From Vitrella brassicaformis CCMP3155 (lineage: Eukaryota > Protista > Chromerida), in contig CDMY01000244.1 of the NCBI GenBank assembly GCA_001179505.1, forward strand, positions 62,001-126,000: DNA of 64,000 bases, given 5' to 3'. Below, one piece after another: positions 25,031 to 38,278 of this stretch. A program made the position numbers and the translations under genes. Under the pieces are notes generated by a model that had not been told where the DNA came from, made no database searches, and saw only the letters and a list, made by a program, of their open reading frames with translations. Within the stretch, counting starts at the first letter, position 1. Each line of letters starts with the position of its first letter.

Positions 25031-25674
25031 GGTTTCAGCGGGAGAGTAATGGGCAGATGTGGTGGGCTCGTATATATCGACAAGACGGGACGAGGATGCG
25101 ATAGCTGCGATAAAGGGGTGGCAGGTTGAATGCCGACACAGTTAGACAAGCAGACGAGACGACAAGACACAGACACGCAGGCAGGCAGTGAGGGGCAGGG
25201 CCTTTCCTATACAGATGCCGCTGGGCACAGCAGATCAGATCTCCTCGCACGGATAGATCTCGGACAGAGAGCAGTCAAGCGCAAGCACACAGTTGCCAGT
25301 CAGATTGCAGCAACCCCACCAAAGACACACAGAGAGAGAAAAAACGAATGGACAGTTGGGGAGAGCTCTCTCTCTAGCTCGCAGACAGAGCGATCCGAGT
25401 TGCGAGCGGTCTCTCTCCGAGCTCTCCCCGGGTGTCTTGCCTCCTGCCACGCCCACCACCCTAGCAGCTGCTGTTGATACTTTCCCCGAGGCAGTTTAAT
25501 CATCCGGCTTCCCTTCAAGGCGACAGAATATCGTCAGTGACTGCGGCCATCCCATCATCGCATCGCAACGGCGTGGCTGGCGTGACTGACAGCACCTCTT
25601 GTCGCAAGCTGACCACCTCGTCGCAAGATCTTGTCCCTGCTTGCCTGCCTCATCCGCCATTACTGTCAGTCCCG

Positions 25675-28600
25675 ATGTTCGCGACGTGGAAGGGTCGTTT
25701 TGTGGGGCGCATCGAGAGGTTCTTTTACAACTACACGTGCTTCGTCTACCGGCACCCATGGAAGTTCATCTGGGTGACTCTGCTGCTGTCGCTGTCTGTG
25801 GGGACCCTCACCTTCTTCCGTCAGAAGGAATTCGACACCGAGATCAACTTTGCTATGCCAGACAGCAAGGCGGTCAAAGCAAGGTGAGCCAATCAACCCT
25901 CCGACGGTTCATGGCATCCGTCAGACATGCTTGCTTGCTTGTTTCTGATGGTTGGTTGTGTGACGTGACAGGGAGTTGTACGAGAAGCATTTTGGTCAGT
26001 GGCCCCGGGATGCGGCCGTCGTGGCGTCGGCGGTGGATCCTGATGACAACCTGCTGACCAAGGAGCACCTGGATGAGCTCAGGGCGCTCACAGACGACAT
26101 TGCCAATGTCACAGTGAAAGTGGACGGCAGGAGCTGGAGATTCGAGGATATTTGTGCCCGAGATGGGACGGGCGAATGCGACATGGCCACTGTACGCACA
26201 CACAGCTGATGCTGTGCCACGCACAGGCCAGACAGCGATAGGCTGGCACCCTCACACACTGCTCTGCTGGTGTGGTTTGTGTGGGCGTCGATTGGTCAGG
26301 TGTTCATGGTGTATGGTGAGGACAGCGAGGACCGGTACGGCACCCCTCTCAACTACCCCAGACACCCCTCCATCCGCCACGGCGGCCTGTTCCCCTGGCC
26401 TGTCGCCTTCCTGATGGGCAACATCACTGTCGAGGACGTCAACGGTCGGCAGAAGGCCACCCGCGCCAGCTCATTCATCTTCCGCTGGGCAGTGACCCCT
26501 GATGCTGCACCAAAAGCCGCTATTCTCCAGTGGGAGAAGGCCTTCCTGCACAAGGTCATGGACTGGACCCCAGAGTTCCGCGACAAGCATGGTATTGAGC
26601 TCCTTCGCTACGCACGGAGGACACCAGGTACGTAAGGATGGGTGGATTTGATGCGACACAGACGTGACGAAGGTGATTTCTTCCTTTCTTTCTTTCTTTC
26701 TTTCTTTCTGTGTGTGTGTGTGTGTGAATGTGCAGAGGATGAGCTTGCCAACAGTTTCTATCCGCTGATGGAGTTTCTCATCCGCATGGGGTGCTGTGGT
26801 CTGGTGGTGGGCATCTACTGTGTTGTGGCCAATCTGTCGGGATTCGGCAACGGACACAAATCTAAGTAAGTCAGTGACACGGTCGGACGGTGTGTGCAGC
26901 TAGCTCACCTTGTCCGTCCGTCCGTATAACTAACTGTTCATCTCTCTCTCATCCATCGTCTGTGTTCAGGTTGGTCCCCGCCATCATGGGCCTGGTGAGT
27001 GCGGTCCTGGGATCCTTTCTGGGCTTCGGTATCGTGTACAGTGCCGGGTTCAAGCATGTGGTGACGATGGAGGTGACCCCATACCTGTGCATGGGCATCG
27101 GCGTCAACGACCTCCTCGTCATCCTCAATGCATACGCACCCGCTTCCCAAATCGAGGCAGACCCCATGAAGAAGTGCGCACGGACCATGAAAGACTCAGG
27201 TACGGGGGGGTGGACCCACTCGCACGCACACACACGGCACCACGTTTGCCCATACACATCGGCGGCCACTCATTGGTGTGCGCGCCGTGCTGTGCTGTGC
27301 TGTTGCTGTGTGTACGTGCAGGTTTGGCTATCACGATCACCACCCTGGCCAACGTCATCGCCTTCGGCATTGGTGCGTCTACTGGGTATACGGCTGTGGT
27401 CAATTTCTGCGTCCTCACTGCCGTGGCCCTCGGCTTCGTGTACATCTATGCCCTGACGTTCTTCCTCCCCTTCCTCTGCCTCGACGCCCGCCGCGAGGCC
27501 TGCAGCCCCCCCTCATACTTGAAAGGCTACTTTGGGGTGGGGCGTGGTGGCACTGCCAAGGGCGACGCCACCCCCTCGACCAACATCATGAGCGGCGACA
27601 GCAGCAAGCCCGAGGTGTCCCCTCCCGCCTCCACACAGGCCTTCTCGCCGCAACCCGAGGGCGACCGAGACATCGCCTTCCCCACCATCGAGACCATTGA
27701 CCTTGGCCCAAGCGGAGACTATGACGTGGAAGAGGCCGGCAAGACGACCACGCTGACGCCAATCAGAGAGGAAGAGGAGGCATCCGATGCCGCCGAGGCC
27801 GTCACTGAAATCAGTGCCGTGGCCAGTGGCGTCCACGAGCTGGTGGCCCTGCAGGTGCTGCAGCAGGAGGACCGCATCCAGCAGAAGCTGCGGCAGAGGC
27901 GGCAGAGGCGGCAACCGGCAGCCGGCAGTGCAGCGACACACGAGGCCAATCATGCTCCCGATGTGGAAGCGCAGGCGCCCCGCCAAGAGAGCGAGGCAGA
28001 CTCCAAGACTGCCGGTCCCCCCTGCAGCGGGTTCTTCTCTGTCCAGCTGGCCAAGCCCGCCGATAGCAGCCCCGTATCTGTGGACGTGGAGGAGCCCAGG
28101 GGCCTTCACGGCAAGTGGATGCGGCTCTACTTCAGACGCTTTTGGGGCAGGTGGCTCACCATCCCAGCCGTCAAGGTACGTGAGAGAGAAGAGAGCGAAA
28201 CCAACCTGCCGCACAGCCAGCCGGCGTTTGTACGTATTGTGTGTTTAGGTGTTTGTGGTGGCGCTGTGGTTGACCTACGTGGGTTTGTGTGGGTTCTCGG
28301 CCTCCAAGTTGCGTGTGGAGTTTGAGGTATCGAACACGGCGCCGTACGGCTCTTACTTCATCGACTTCCTCGGCGGTGTCGACGAGGCCTTCGGAGGGTT
28401 CAACCTTCCTGGGGTGTTGCTGTACTCGGAGAAGCAGCATTGGTGGACCAAGGCCACTCGGGAGGCCTTCATGGAGTTCGAGGACGAGCTGACGCGGGTG
28501 GAGGGCGTCCACCCTGAAACACAAAGCGGCCTCTATAGATTCTACGAGTTCTACAGTCGCACCCCAGAGCTCCTGCAGGAGCTCAACGAAATGGAGAATG

Positions 28601-29773
28601 ACCCCAAGGCATTCTCTGACAAGTAAGTGAGACAGATACACAGGCAACAGCAAATTTCTCCTACTTCATCTGATGTCACCGAGTGTGTGTGTGTGTGTGT
28701 GTATGCGGTTTGTCTGTTCTGTTCAGGTTGCGTCAGTGGATGAACAGGACCATGATCACCAGCACGCCCTTCAAGCTCTTCAAAACCGACTTCAACTTCA
28801 ACGATGACGGTACGCGCACAAGCTAACGTGGCAGCCTCCCTCCCAGCCGAGCCGAGCCAGCACCTTGATGATGCGTCTTTTGTGTGTGTGTGTGTGTAGG
28901 TGAGTTGGAGGCCTACAAGACCAAGTTCTTCATGCGGGCGTACAGCGACCCGCCCCTGGGAGGCGCACCCCTCATGCAGCGCATCCGCGATAAGTGCGAC
29001 AGAGTGAAGAGGGACCACGGCATCACGGTGGCCACCTTCACCGACGCCTTCGTCTACTACGAGAGCGACCTGATCCTGGTCCCACAGACCCTCGTGCAGC
29101 TGTCCGCCGCCCTCGTGGGCGTCCTCCTCGTCTCCATCTTCCTCCTCCACGGCGCCATCACATGCGCCCTGGTGCTGGTCATGCTGATCAGCATCGACCT
29201 GGGCGTGTTCGGCTTCATGACTGTGTTCGACCTGCCGCTGAATCTCATCACCTCCATCAACCTCGTCGTCTCCATCGGTTAGTGTAGTGAGTGTGTGTGA
29301 TCACGCCACCGTGCCATACGGCACACGAAGCGACGGCGTGTCTGTACTGTATGTATGGCGGCCTGCCGGTTGTCTGTCTCGTGTGTGCAGGGTTCTCTGT
29401 GGACTTCACCACCCACATCTGCCACGCCTACACGCTGGCAGTGGGGCGCACACCAAACCACCGTATGGTGGAGACGATGGCGCTGATGGGTGCCCCCGTG
29501 TTCAGCGGCGGCATGTCCACCTTTCTCGCCTTGACGCCCTTCCTCATCGTTCAACGCTCATACTCATACGACTCGTGGTGCCTCATGATGATACTGGTCG
29601 TGGCCTGCGGCGTCCTCCATGCGCTGGTCTTCCTGCCGGTCATCCTCTCCCTCCTCCCCATCAGCAAGGCCAGGAACCGCACCAATAGCCAGCCCAATCA
29701 GGCCCCGACTGAGGCGCGGGGGCAGGCTGCCAAGGGTCAAGACAACAAGGGCGCTGTGTCACTGCCGGCGTAA
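25675..29773 (+). CDS. Patched/NPC1-like sterol-sensing-domain RND-superfamily transporter, multi-exon
   Basis: TM1 KFIWVTLLLSLSVGTL. SSD helices VTPYLCMGIGVNDLLVI and GLAITITTLANVIAFGIGASTGYTAVVNFC..AVALGFVYIYALTFF. Second repeat with ISIDLGVFGFMTVFDLPLNLITSINLVVSIGFSVDFTTHI and GAPVFSGGMSTFL. ATG at 25675, TAA at 29771-29773. Confidence 0.9.
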
Positions 29774-32202
29774 TTGATCATTGGACTGGTGTGTGTGTGT
29801 GTGATACCTCGTGATGCGTGTCCTGTTCTTGTGCATAACCGTGGGTGACTTGTTTTGGCTGGGCTGTTTGCACGCTTGCAAACAGACATGCACGGCTGGC
29901 TGGTTTATTGGGGGGTGCGTGGGTTGCCCGGCGGTGCGGTGCGGTGCTGTGCGGTGCGGTGCGAAAATCTCTTCGACTGCTGGTCACTCAGATGTTTGTG
30001 TGACCACTGGGGCGGCCGTGGGCGTGGCGTGCATGTGTGCGTGTGGGGTGATTGGTGCCCAGGCTGCTCTTTCCCTTTTTCAACGACCCACCCCCCACCC
30101 ACCCACGAGTTGGACTGGGAGGGAGGGAGGGAGGGAGGAAGTCTTTTTGGTGGGTCTTTTGTGGCTGTGCCGTGCCGTGCCGTGCCGTCCGTTGGTTAGT
30201 TAACCTGGTATGTACCAACCAACCAGTAGAGGGACGGATGGGATGGACCAGCGTTGGTTGTTTTTTACTCTTGAAGGATCGTTTCTACGTACATGATACA
30301 CTGACATGATACACACCCGTACGTACGTTACAGTATGTACAGTCGCGTACACGTGAGTGAGTGTGGTTTGGTTGTGTGAATGAATGAATGATGGATGTAC
30401 TCGATTTTGTCAAGTCCCTCCCTACTGACTGTACAGAGGAGTAGTCTCGTGGAACTTGTGTATCGAGCTATCGAGCTATCTCTCCCTCCTCCTACTTTCC
30501 CTTCCCCTCCCTGTCTCTTGCCTGCATGCTTGCGTGTCAGCTCAGCTGGGTAGGTAGGTAGGTAGATGGATGAGCTGTGTGGCGTCTCTTGTGTTTGGAC
30601 CGACGGACGGACGGATGAATGGATGGATTACGTGCAGTACATGCGCGGAAGGGACGACGATCAAATGAATCCTTTTTCTATGCGTATCGGCGCACATCAA
30701 TCCAATCTGCCCAAACATACTTTTCTTCATGCTTCACGCAGGCACCGTTGAGAAAGCTGGCTCATGTCTCGGACGTTCACCCATTCGGTCATCGACACAC
30801 ACACACACACACACGCACACACACATGATAAACGTCAATTCCGCCGCACATCCCTCCCCTCGTCCGCCCGCCCACAAGAGTGCCTCTGCTCAGCGCCTTT
30901 GTAGGTCGGCAGAGCTAAAACATGAGCCTGCCTCCTCTGTCTACTGCAGATCCGTCTGTTTCGATCACAATCGTATGGAAGAGAAAAGGAAAGTAAGTAG
31001 CGGTGTTGTGTTGCTTACACTACTACAGACACGTCAATATGTCAAAACAGCTTCGTGTTTTGTAGGTGCCCTGTTGGCTACACACAGTATTGATTGATTG
31101 AGTGGAGCTGTCTCCCATGCATAGATGTCCGTCCACTTTGCTTTGTCGTCAGTCACATAATGGGTATCAATCATATCATCCACGCGTACAGCCAGACAGG
31201 TACGCGTAGCTCTGCGCGCGTATATGGTGGAAGACAGACAGACAGCCCTATTCGCTTTGTCGTCATATATCAGTGTATATCTGATCTGATCTGCTGTATG
31301 TGTGTTTGTCTATGCAGTGGACTGCAGTGCACAACTAACTTGTATGTATGTCTGTGGGAAAGAGGGAGGGGGGGGAGGCAGGCAGGCAGGCAGGCGTGCA
31401 TGGATGCGAGGCGATGGGCCAGGCAGGTAGGCAGGACAGGATAGGATAGGATGCACAGCACACAAAGCCGAAAAACGAATCGATCCCTCGGTTGTCACCC
31501 GCATCGTATGCAGGTATGCATGTACATGCATGTATATGTATATATGTATGTGTGTGTATATGTATGTGTGTGTATGTCCCCATGTAGCCTTAGTCATCAT
31601 CGTCTGTCTGTCTGTCTGTCTGTAGGAAGGAACGCAGAAACAATTAAATTAACAGAAATCTTGGCGCCACCGGTCCGTCCGTCCATCAGAGAGAGATGAA
31701 GGTGTTGTGGTGCGCACGGAAAAACAAGGATCAGTCGCACAGCACAGCATGACCCAGCCATGCACCGACCAACCAGTCCACCAACCAACCAGCCAGCCAC
31801 AGCTGGTAAGGTATGTAGGCGTGTAAGTATATATCTATGTATGTATGTGTATGTGAATCAGTGTGTATGTGAATCAGTATCATCTGATCTGCTGCAGACG
31901 CGGCGCGCGCGCGTCGACGTCGCCGTATAGACGAGTAAAGTAATATCACATGCAATCCTTGAACTCATGGAATGAATCATCGACTGATGGGCACTCTATC
32001 TCTCAGGCGCGGTGGGACACGTCATGACGACAGGCGAGTGGTCTACTGTCACCCGTCGTCGAATTACGTGTTCTTCCAGTAGCGCGCGCCACATCGAATA
32101 TAACACAACAGCAGCCTCCAGCCTCCTCACTACCGACAGACACCAAAAACGCAAAACCTACCTGACGTTTGTGTGTGTATGCCTCTCGCAAGACAGACAG
32201 AA

Positions 32203-32233
<31 letters not shown>

Positions 32234-33523
32234 AAGTAAGGATGACATCAGGTGCACCCATAAACCACCATAGTTTGGTGATGGACATAACACAAGAGCC
32301 AACAGAAACACATGTATGTATGCAATGTGCCCACGCCCCACTCACCCGGCCCTCCCTCCCTCCCTCCCTCCCTCCCTTCGGCCCACTTGCCCCGACCCGA
32401 CCCCACCCACTCCCTCACTCACCGACGGCATGGCATGCACACGTACACAAAAATACTTGTACAGAGGCAGGCAGTCATCAGGTGAGTGTGTGAGTGTGTG
32501 AGTCAGTCAGGGCACAGCGCGATGATCTCTCTTTCCACTCATACAGTCAATACATTCAGTTGATCCAATCCGTCACCAACCAGCAGAGAGTCAGGTAGGT
32601 ATATACACTCTATAAAATCAGCGACCCAAAGAGATGCAGTCACCGCTCAGCTAGCCGTACACACACACACACCAACACACACATATACACCCCCCACACC
32701 CCCACCTCCGGCCCTCTGTGTACACACCGACATATGTAGATCAGATCAGTCATGGATTCATCGCACTCACCCACTCACTCCCTCAGTCATCGAACAACCA
32801 ACGACCCGGAAGGTGCGAGGACAGACAGACAGACAGACAGGCAAGTAAGCAGCAGGCAGCAGACGTTTCAAGGCATGAATTCATTCAAGGCATGAAGGCT
32901 GGCTGGTACACACACACATACATACACACATAGGTAGGTAGGCCGGTACTTTCAGGGACACAAAAAGGGTATGAAGGCGCACACGGACGGTACACACTAT
33001 ACACCTTAGTCATTCCTGTGGCCTTCAAAACTTACACACTCACACCCAGCGACAGAACTGGCCAGCCAGCGAGCACAGTCGTCCGAGCAATCAATAAGTA
33101 GGGGAGGGGAGGAGGCAGGGAAGGAGAGGAGAGAGGACACAAGAGGCAGGCAGTCTGGCAGGCAGGCAGGCAGGCAGGCAGAAAAAGGGGAAGGGATGCC
33201 GGGATTCGTCTATCCTCACTCCATCCATCTGACTGATATCCACGCGCAGGACCGTGTGGCTGTCTGTCTGGCTGTCTGTCGCATCGCTCATCCACCCACC
33301 CATCCATCCATATCCCATCCACCCGCGGGAGGGGCCCGACCCACTAGATGGACAGGCCGTCCGCGTCCGTCAATCGGCCGACCGACTATGTATCTATGTA
33401 CGGTACGTAGTCCATCGACCGATCGACCGACCAACTCACCCATCCACCCAGCAGGCCACAGGCCCCCTCTCCCCCACCTAGTCAAGCGTGTGCGATGGTG
33501 TCGGTCGTCTTGGCTTGATCCAG

Positions 33524-35094
33524 TCAGTTGGCCATGCCCGCCGACACGCGCAGGCCAAGCCGTGCCCTGGCCAGTCCATGCAGGTGGCGGAGTCCCCTGC
33601 TGATGGGCGAAGCTGAGGGTGAGGAGGGCGGTGACTCGCCCCCTGCGGCGCCGTCCGCCCCTGTGACCATCTTGTCTTCGCTCTTGCCCTTGCCCTTGCC
33701 CTTGTCACCGACCAGGAGGGACCTCAAGGCCCTCCCGAATTCAGCGACGAGCACCTCGCTCTTCTTCTGCATGTTCTGATCAATGGGCGGATGGACAGAC
33801 AGACAGGCACACACACACACATGTCGGTCGGATGTCAGTCACGTCTCTGTCTGTGTCTGTCTGTGTCTGTCTGTGTCTGTCTGTCTGTCGCTCACCGGAA
33901 CATAGTTCTTGACGTAGAACTGTCCGAAGAGGAGTGCGTACGAGAAGTACATGAGGAGGGCACACAGGGCGTTGTTGTAGTGGACCGGGTCGCCCGTCGC
34001 CTCAGGACGCAGCATGGCCGATACCGTGATGCCCACACCAACAAACATCTGCACGACAGTGATACAGCACAGGCGACTTTCCATAAGCCTTGCTCTTTCC
34101 GTGCCTTCCTTCCTCGTGTGTCTCCCTCACCTGGCTGAGCTGGGCGGAAGTGATGAAGGGTCGCAGCTTCTTCAAAACCCTGATAGATCGATACGTACGG
34201 CAGGCAGACAGGTCAGTCAGGTGTGCTCACGTGGGTAGGTGGGCTCGGTGACTGACTCACCTGTTTTTGGCGAAGAGTGCGGTGAGGGCGTAGTAGAGGT
34301 ACATGACGCCGTGGACGCAGAGGTTGATGAAGGCGAACTGGTGGGCGAAGGCGACACCCAGGTGAACTGCGCTCCAGCAATACAGGGCCTGAATGAAGCA
34401 AGGGAGGGAGGGAGGGAGGACAACACACACACGCACGCACACACACACACACACATCCGTATGACAACAGAGAGCCTCTCCCTGTGTGTGTGTGTCAAAT
34501 GTGTGCGTCCATACCACGGTGACGTGGTGGTACGCGTGCAGGAAAGTGATGGGTCGCTTCCTGAGTGCCAGCAGCACCGTGTCGCCGAACTCAATGAGCT
34601 TGCTCACCGCGAACCACACACAAATCGCACGAGTGGTGGGCTGAAGTCAACGCACCCGAAGACAAAGCAGTTGGACACAGATCCCATTGTCCTCCCCGTC
34701 GGTGCTGTCGGCTCACCTTGTAGTCCTTTTCGTGCTTGGCTGCCGTGAAGACCAGCTGCCAGTCGTCCAGAAGCTGTGTGTGGAGACGCACACAGAACAG
34801 ACAGAGAGGCCATGCAGAGCCCCGCCTGCTATGTCTGTGTCCCACCCACGTGTGTGTCTTACTTACCACGAGGGCAACGCCGAGGATGGAGAAGAATGAG
34901 AGGGCGAGGTTCCATGCGCAGATGAACGGCTTGATGGGCAGCGGCTCCCGATTCCGCATCCAGTGCCGCAGCGAGAATATGACCGGCAGATAGAGAGCGA
35001 TGCACCCCAGCCACGGCAATCGAAAGTACTCCTCAGTGCGAAACCCGCTGCCTTGCGTCCAGTAGTCATCGCTGAATGGCGAGTAGGGGGCCAT
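33524..35094 (-). CDS. GNS1/SUR4 (ELO) fatty-acid elongase, ELOVL6-like
   Basis: WNLALSFFSILG, FAVSKLIEFGDTVLLALRKRPITFLHAYHH (His box), NLCVHGVMYLYYAL, ITSAQL, QMFVG, LMYFSYALLFGQFY. ATG at 35094. Confidence 0.92.
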
Positions 35095-35362
35095 CTTGCT
35101 TGCTTTCTTCTCGAGGGAGAGGGAGGGACTCGAGGGAGGGAGAAGCACGGCCGCTGAAACTGAAGGGAGGCGAGGAAAGATATCTATCAAAGCAATCAAA
35201 AAGATGTCAGCACAAGGACAAGTAGGAAGATGCAAAAGAGCAAAAGCCAGCCTGTGTGTGACAGACCTGATTGTGTAGAGACGAGACCGCTCGCTCCGAT
35301 CTAACGCATCTCCCCCCTGCGAACTCGGAGAGATCGGAGACCGAATGCGAGCTTGCTCTCTC

Positions 35363-35502
35363 AAACCCTACGGGGTTAGGGATGAGAATCAGGGTTCAGA
35401 GTTCAGGGTTCGGCACCCTAATCCCATGAGCCGGTCCACCCACGCGGCACGGTGTGAATCGCGTCAGCCATACTTAGCTTAAAAGCCACAGACATGCTCG
35501 AA
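35363..35502. repeat. Degenerate telomeric repeats (TTAGGG/TTCAGGG) plus a 57-bp conserved core; copy 1
   Basis: Core 35446-35502 matches 38357-38410 with 2 substitutions and 3 indel positions. Confidence 0.75.
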
Positions 35503-36009
35503 GCAGTAGGCGTACCATGCAGTCAACGAAAGTTCAATGTGTGGATGAGTGCCCATCAACCGTGTATATCGCTCAATTCATGAGCCGGTCAACCTCATCC
35601 ACACATTCATTCATTCATTCAGGCACGTACACACCAAGAGAGTCTGTAAGCAAGTCTGTATGGACACGGACATGCAAATGGATGTAGTCATTGCAGTGAG
35701 GCCAGGCAGAGGACCACTATCACATATGTACACACCGCCGCCAACCGGCCTGCCTGCCTGTCTGCCCGTCGCGACAGCCATCCATCCATCCATCCATTCA
35801 TCGATCTGCCAACCTCAGTCAGACCCGCTCGCTCACTCAAAGGCCGCCCTTCGAAACGACAACAAGGAAAGTGGCTGTCCGGCCGGATGCACTCACTCAC
35901 TGCACTGCACTGCACAGCCGCAGCTAGCTGTCCCTCCCCTCCCTCCCTGTCCCCATCTCTGTCTATCTGTCTCTGTGTACGTGCAATCAGTTCTGAGTCG
36001 CTCGATCGG

Positions 36010-38123
36010 TCAGGTGCCCTTTGGCCGCCACACTTGACGTGTCCTCTGTCTGTGTCGGCCGGTGTGCCCCTTGCCCGCCCTCATCGGCCGTCTGTCGTCT
36101 GCATCTGCGCCCTGGTGTTGTCTGGGTCTGTCTGCCGGACGGGGCGGCGGTGTGTGCGTGGTTGTGTCGCTCGTGTGGCTGCCGGTGCTCCTCGGTGAGG
36201 CTTTCTCGTTGGGTGAGTGGCTGTGGGGCGACTCCGGTGCGGGCGATGACGGACAGCACTTGAGTGGTGTTGGGAGGGGGGCGGGGTGGGCTGGCGAGGG
36301 TGAGGCCATGGGCGTCTGTTTGGGGGCGGATGGCATGTCAGATGGAGCAACATTTGGTTGGGCGGCGGTGGGCTCTGAGGGGTCGGTGGGCGGCGACAGC
36401 CAGGGATGCTTCAGCGCAACATCGGCTGACAGAACACATCACATCAATTAATGAGCTCACTCAGCCACCGACCTGACCAGCGCGTGTAAGTGCGTTCGTT
36501 AAGTTACCTGAGGCGACACGGTCCCGTTTGTCGTACGCCAGGAGTCCTCTGATGAGGCTCTTGGCCTCCTCGGACACACCATCGCTGCGACGGAACTTGA
36601 CGCCCTGCACACAACACAACACACAACACACACAACAGACGTACACACACAGACGTAGGGCTGGCTGGCTGGCTAGTTTGGTGGACTGACTGACCTGCCT
36701 CATCTGAGCGAGAGCCTCTTTGGCCCTCTTGCCGCGGCTGTCGATGCGGAACGGAAAGCGGCGGGTCAGCATGGCGTATCTGACCACACCACAACACACA
36801 CAGAGAGTGACACAGACACCAATCAGCTCAGCTGGTCATCCAGCTGTCTGTCGCTCTATGGTGTGTTTAGGTGTGAGTGTTGTGGGCTCACATGACGACG
36901 CCCATGGCCCAGAGGTCGCTCGCTGGCGAGTAGTCCAAATCTGTCAGGCACTCCGGCGCCTGAAGGGTTAATGCAAGAAGGGAAGGCGCCCACCCACACC
37001 AACACTTAGTCAAGTGCAGTGAGTGAGTGAGTGAGTGAGGTGTGGTCAGACAGACAGACGTACTAGGAACTCGGCCGTGCCGCAGAGGTATCTTGGCTTG
37101 CCCATCTGGCTCGTGAGTGCGTTGTCGAAGTCGATGAGCACCACCCGCCGGCCGGCCGTCATGATGTTCCGTAGCGACACGTCGCCATGAGTTATCTGAA
37201 GGCATCCCACACACACACACGACACACACAGAGAGCGAGAGAGAGGGCATAGAGAGGGGCGGTAGCCACCACATGGTGCGTGTGGGTGGAGTGCAGTGCA
37301 GTGGAGTGCGTCCGTACCCCGGCGTTGTGCAGTTTCCTGAGCCCTCTGAGCGCCTCTGCGGTGATGTGTGTGGCCTCGTTCTCTCCGCCAATGGGCCGCT
37401 GGATGTCCTTGCCGTTGACCCACTCCATGAGCACATAGAACGACTGTGCGTCCTGGAAGAGGCCCGCGACGCTGCAGGTGGTCCTGCCCCACGGCACTGC
37501 CAAAATGGCGGCGTACTTGGCCTTGAGCTCCTCCTCGGTGAACAGAGAGCTGGCGTCGCTGCAGGCAAGGATGTGCGACACACACAGGTGCAAGGACCAG
37601 TCGGTGTGGCGTGTCGATGTGAGCCGCCCAATGAGTGACTAACTGACTGACTCACCGGTAGAAGTCCCTGGGGATGACTTTGACTGCACTGTAGCAGCCC
37701 TTGAAGACCGAACTCTCAACCTTGTATATGGACCCAATACTGTTTGATGACACACACACACACAGAGGTGTGGATGGCAATCGAACGTTGACTGTCTGTC
37801 TGGTCATTGTGTCGGTCGTCCTTGCTGACCCGCCGCAGTCCGCCGCCCTCGCCGCGCCGCCGTCCGTCCGATAGCCATTGAGCCGCAACATGTCTTTGAA
37901 CGAAGCGTACGTCTGCATTCACACAATACACACACGACAAACACACAGACTGCCACTCAGTTGATGCACTCATTCCTCCCTTCTTGATGCACTCATTCCT
38001 GCCCTCACTGCAGTCAGTCTCACTGCAGGCGGGCTCACTCACCTTGAACGGCCGCACCAGTCTCAGCCGTCGCTCAATGCTGTCCTCTGCCGCCGCCCCC
38101 TGACCCATTTCTACCGATGCCAT
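36010..38123 (-). CDS. Ser/Thr protein kinase (CAMK-like, atypical motifs) with a Pro-rich C-terminal tail
   Basis: SAVKVI, FYVLMEWVNG, THGDVSLRNIM, VLIDFD, CGTAEFL|APE, DLWAMGVVM|YAMLT..FPF, EEAKSLIRGLL...R...ALKHPWL. Confidence 0.85.
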
Positions 38124-38278
38124 CGTCGACTCGACGAGGGATGAAAATTGGTGACGGTGGTAAGCCAAAGCGAATCTGTATCGCTCCAGCGGCTCTCTTG
38201 CAATAAACACGACAAACGAACCAACACAGAGAGAGGCTTTGGAGAGAAGGAAAGCCACAACAACGATGAGAGCCAAAT

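Noticed and set aside
29800-33500. Possible hidden gene between the transporter and the elongase
   Set aside because: The region is dominated by microsatellites, has only short low-complexity ORFs, and shows no consistent exon chain or coding-like codon bias.
35446-35502. Conserved core as a tRNA, 5S or rRNA fragment
   Set aside because: No cloverleaf or proper A/B boxes, and only a few bases resemble rRNA motifs.
37961-38000. 17-bp direct repeat (ttgatgcactcattcct) in a kinase intron
   Set aside because: Most simply a local slippage duplication in an intron, with no further structure.
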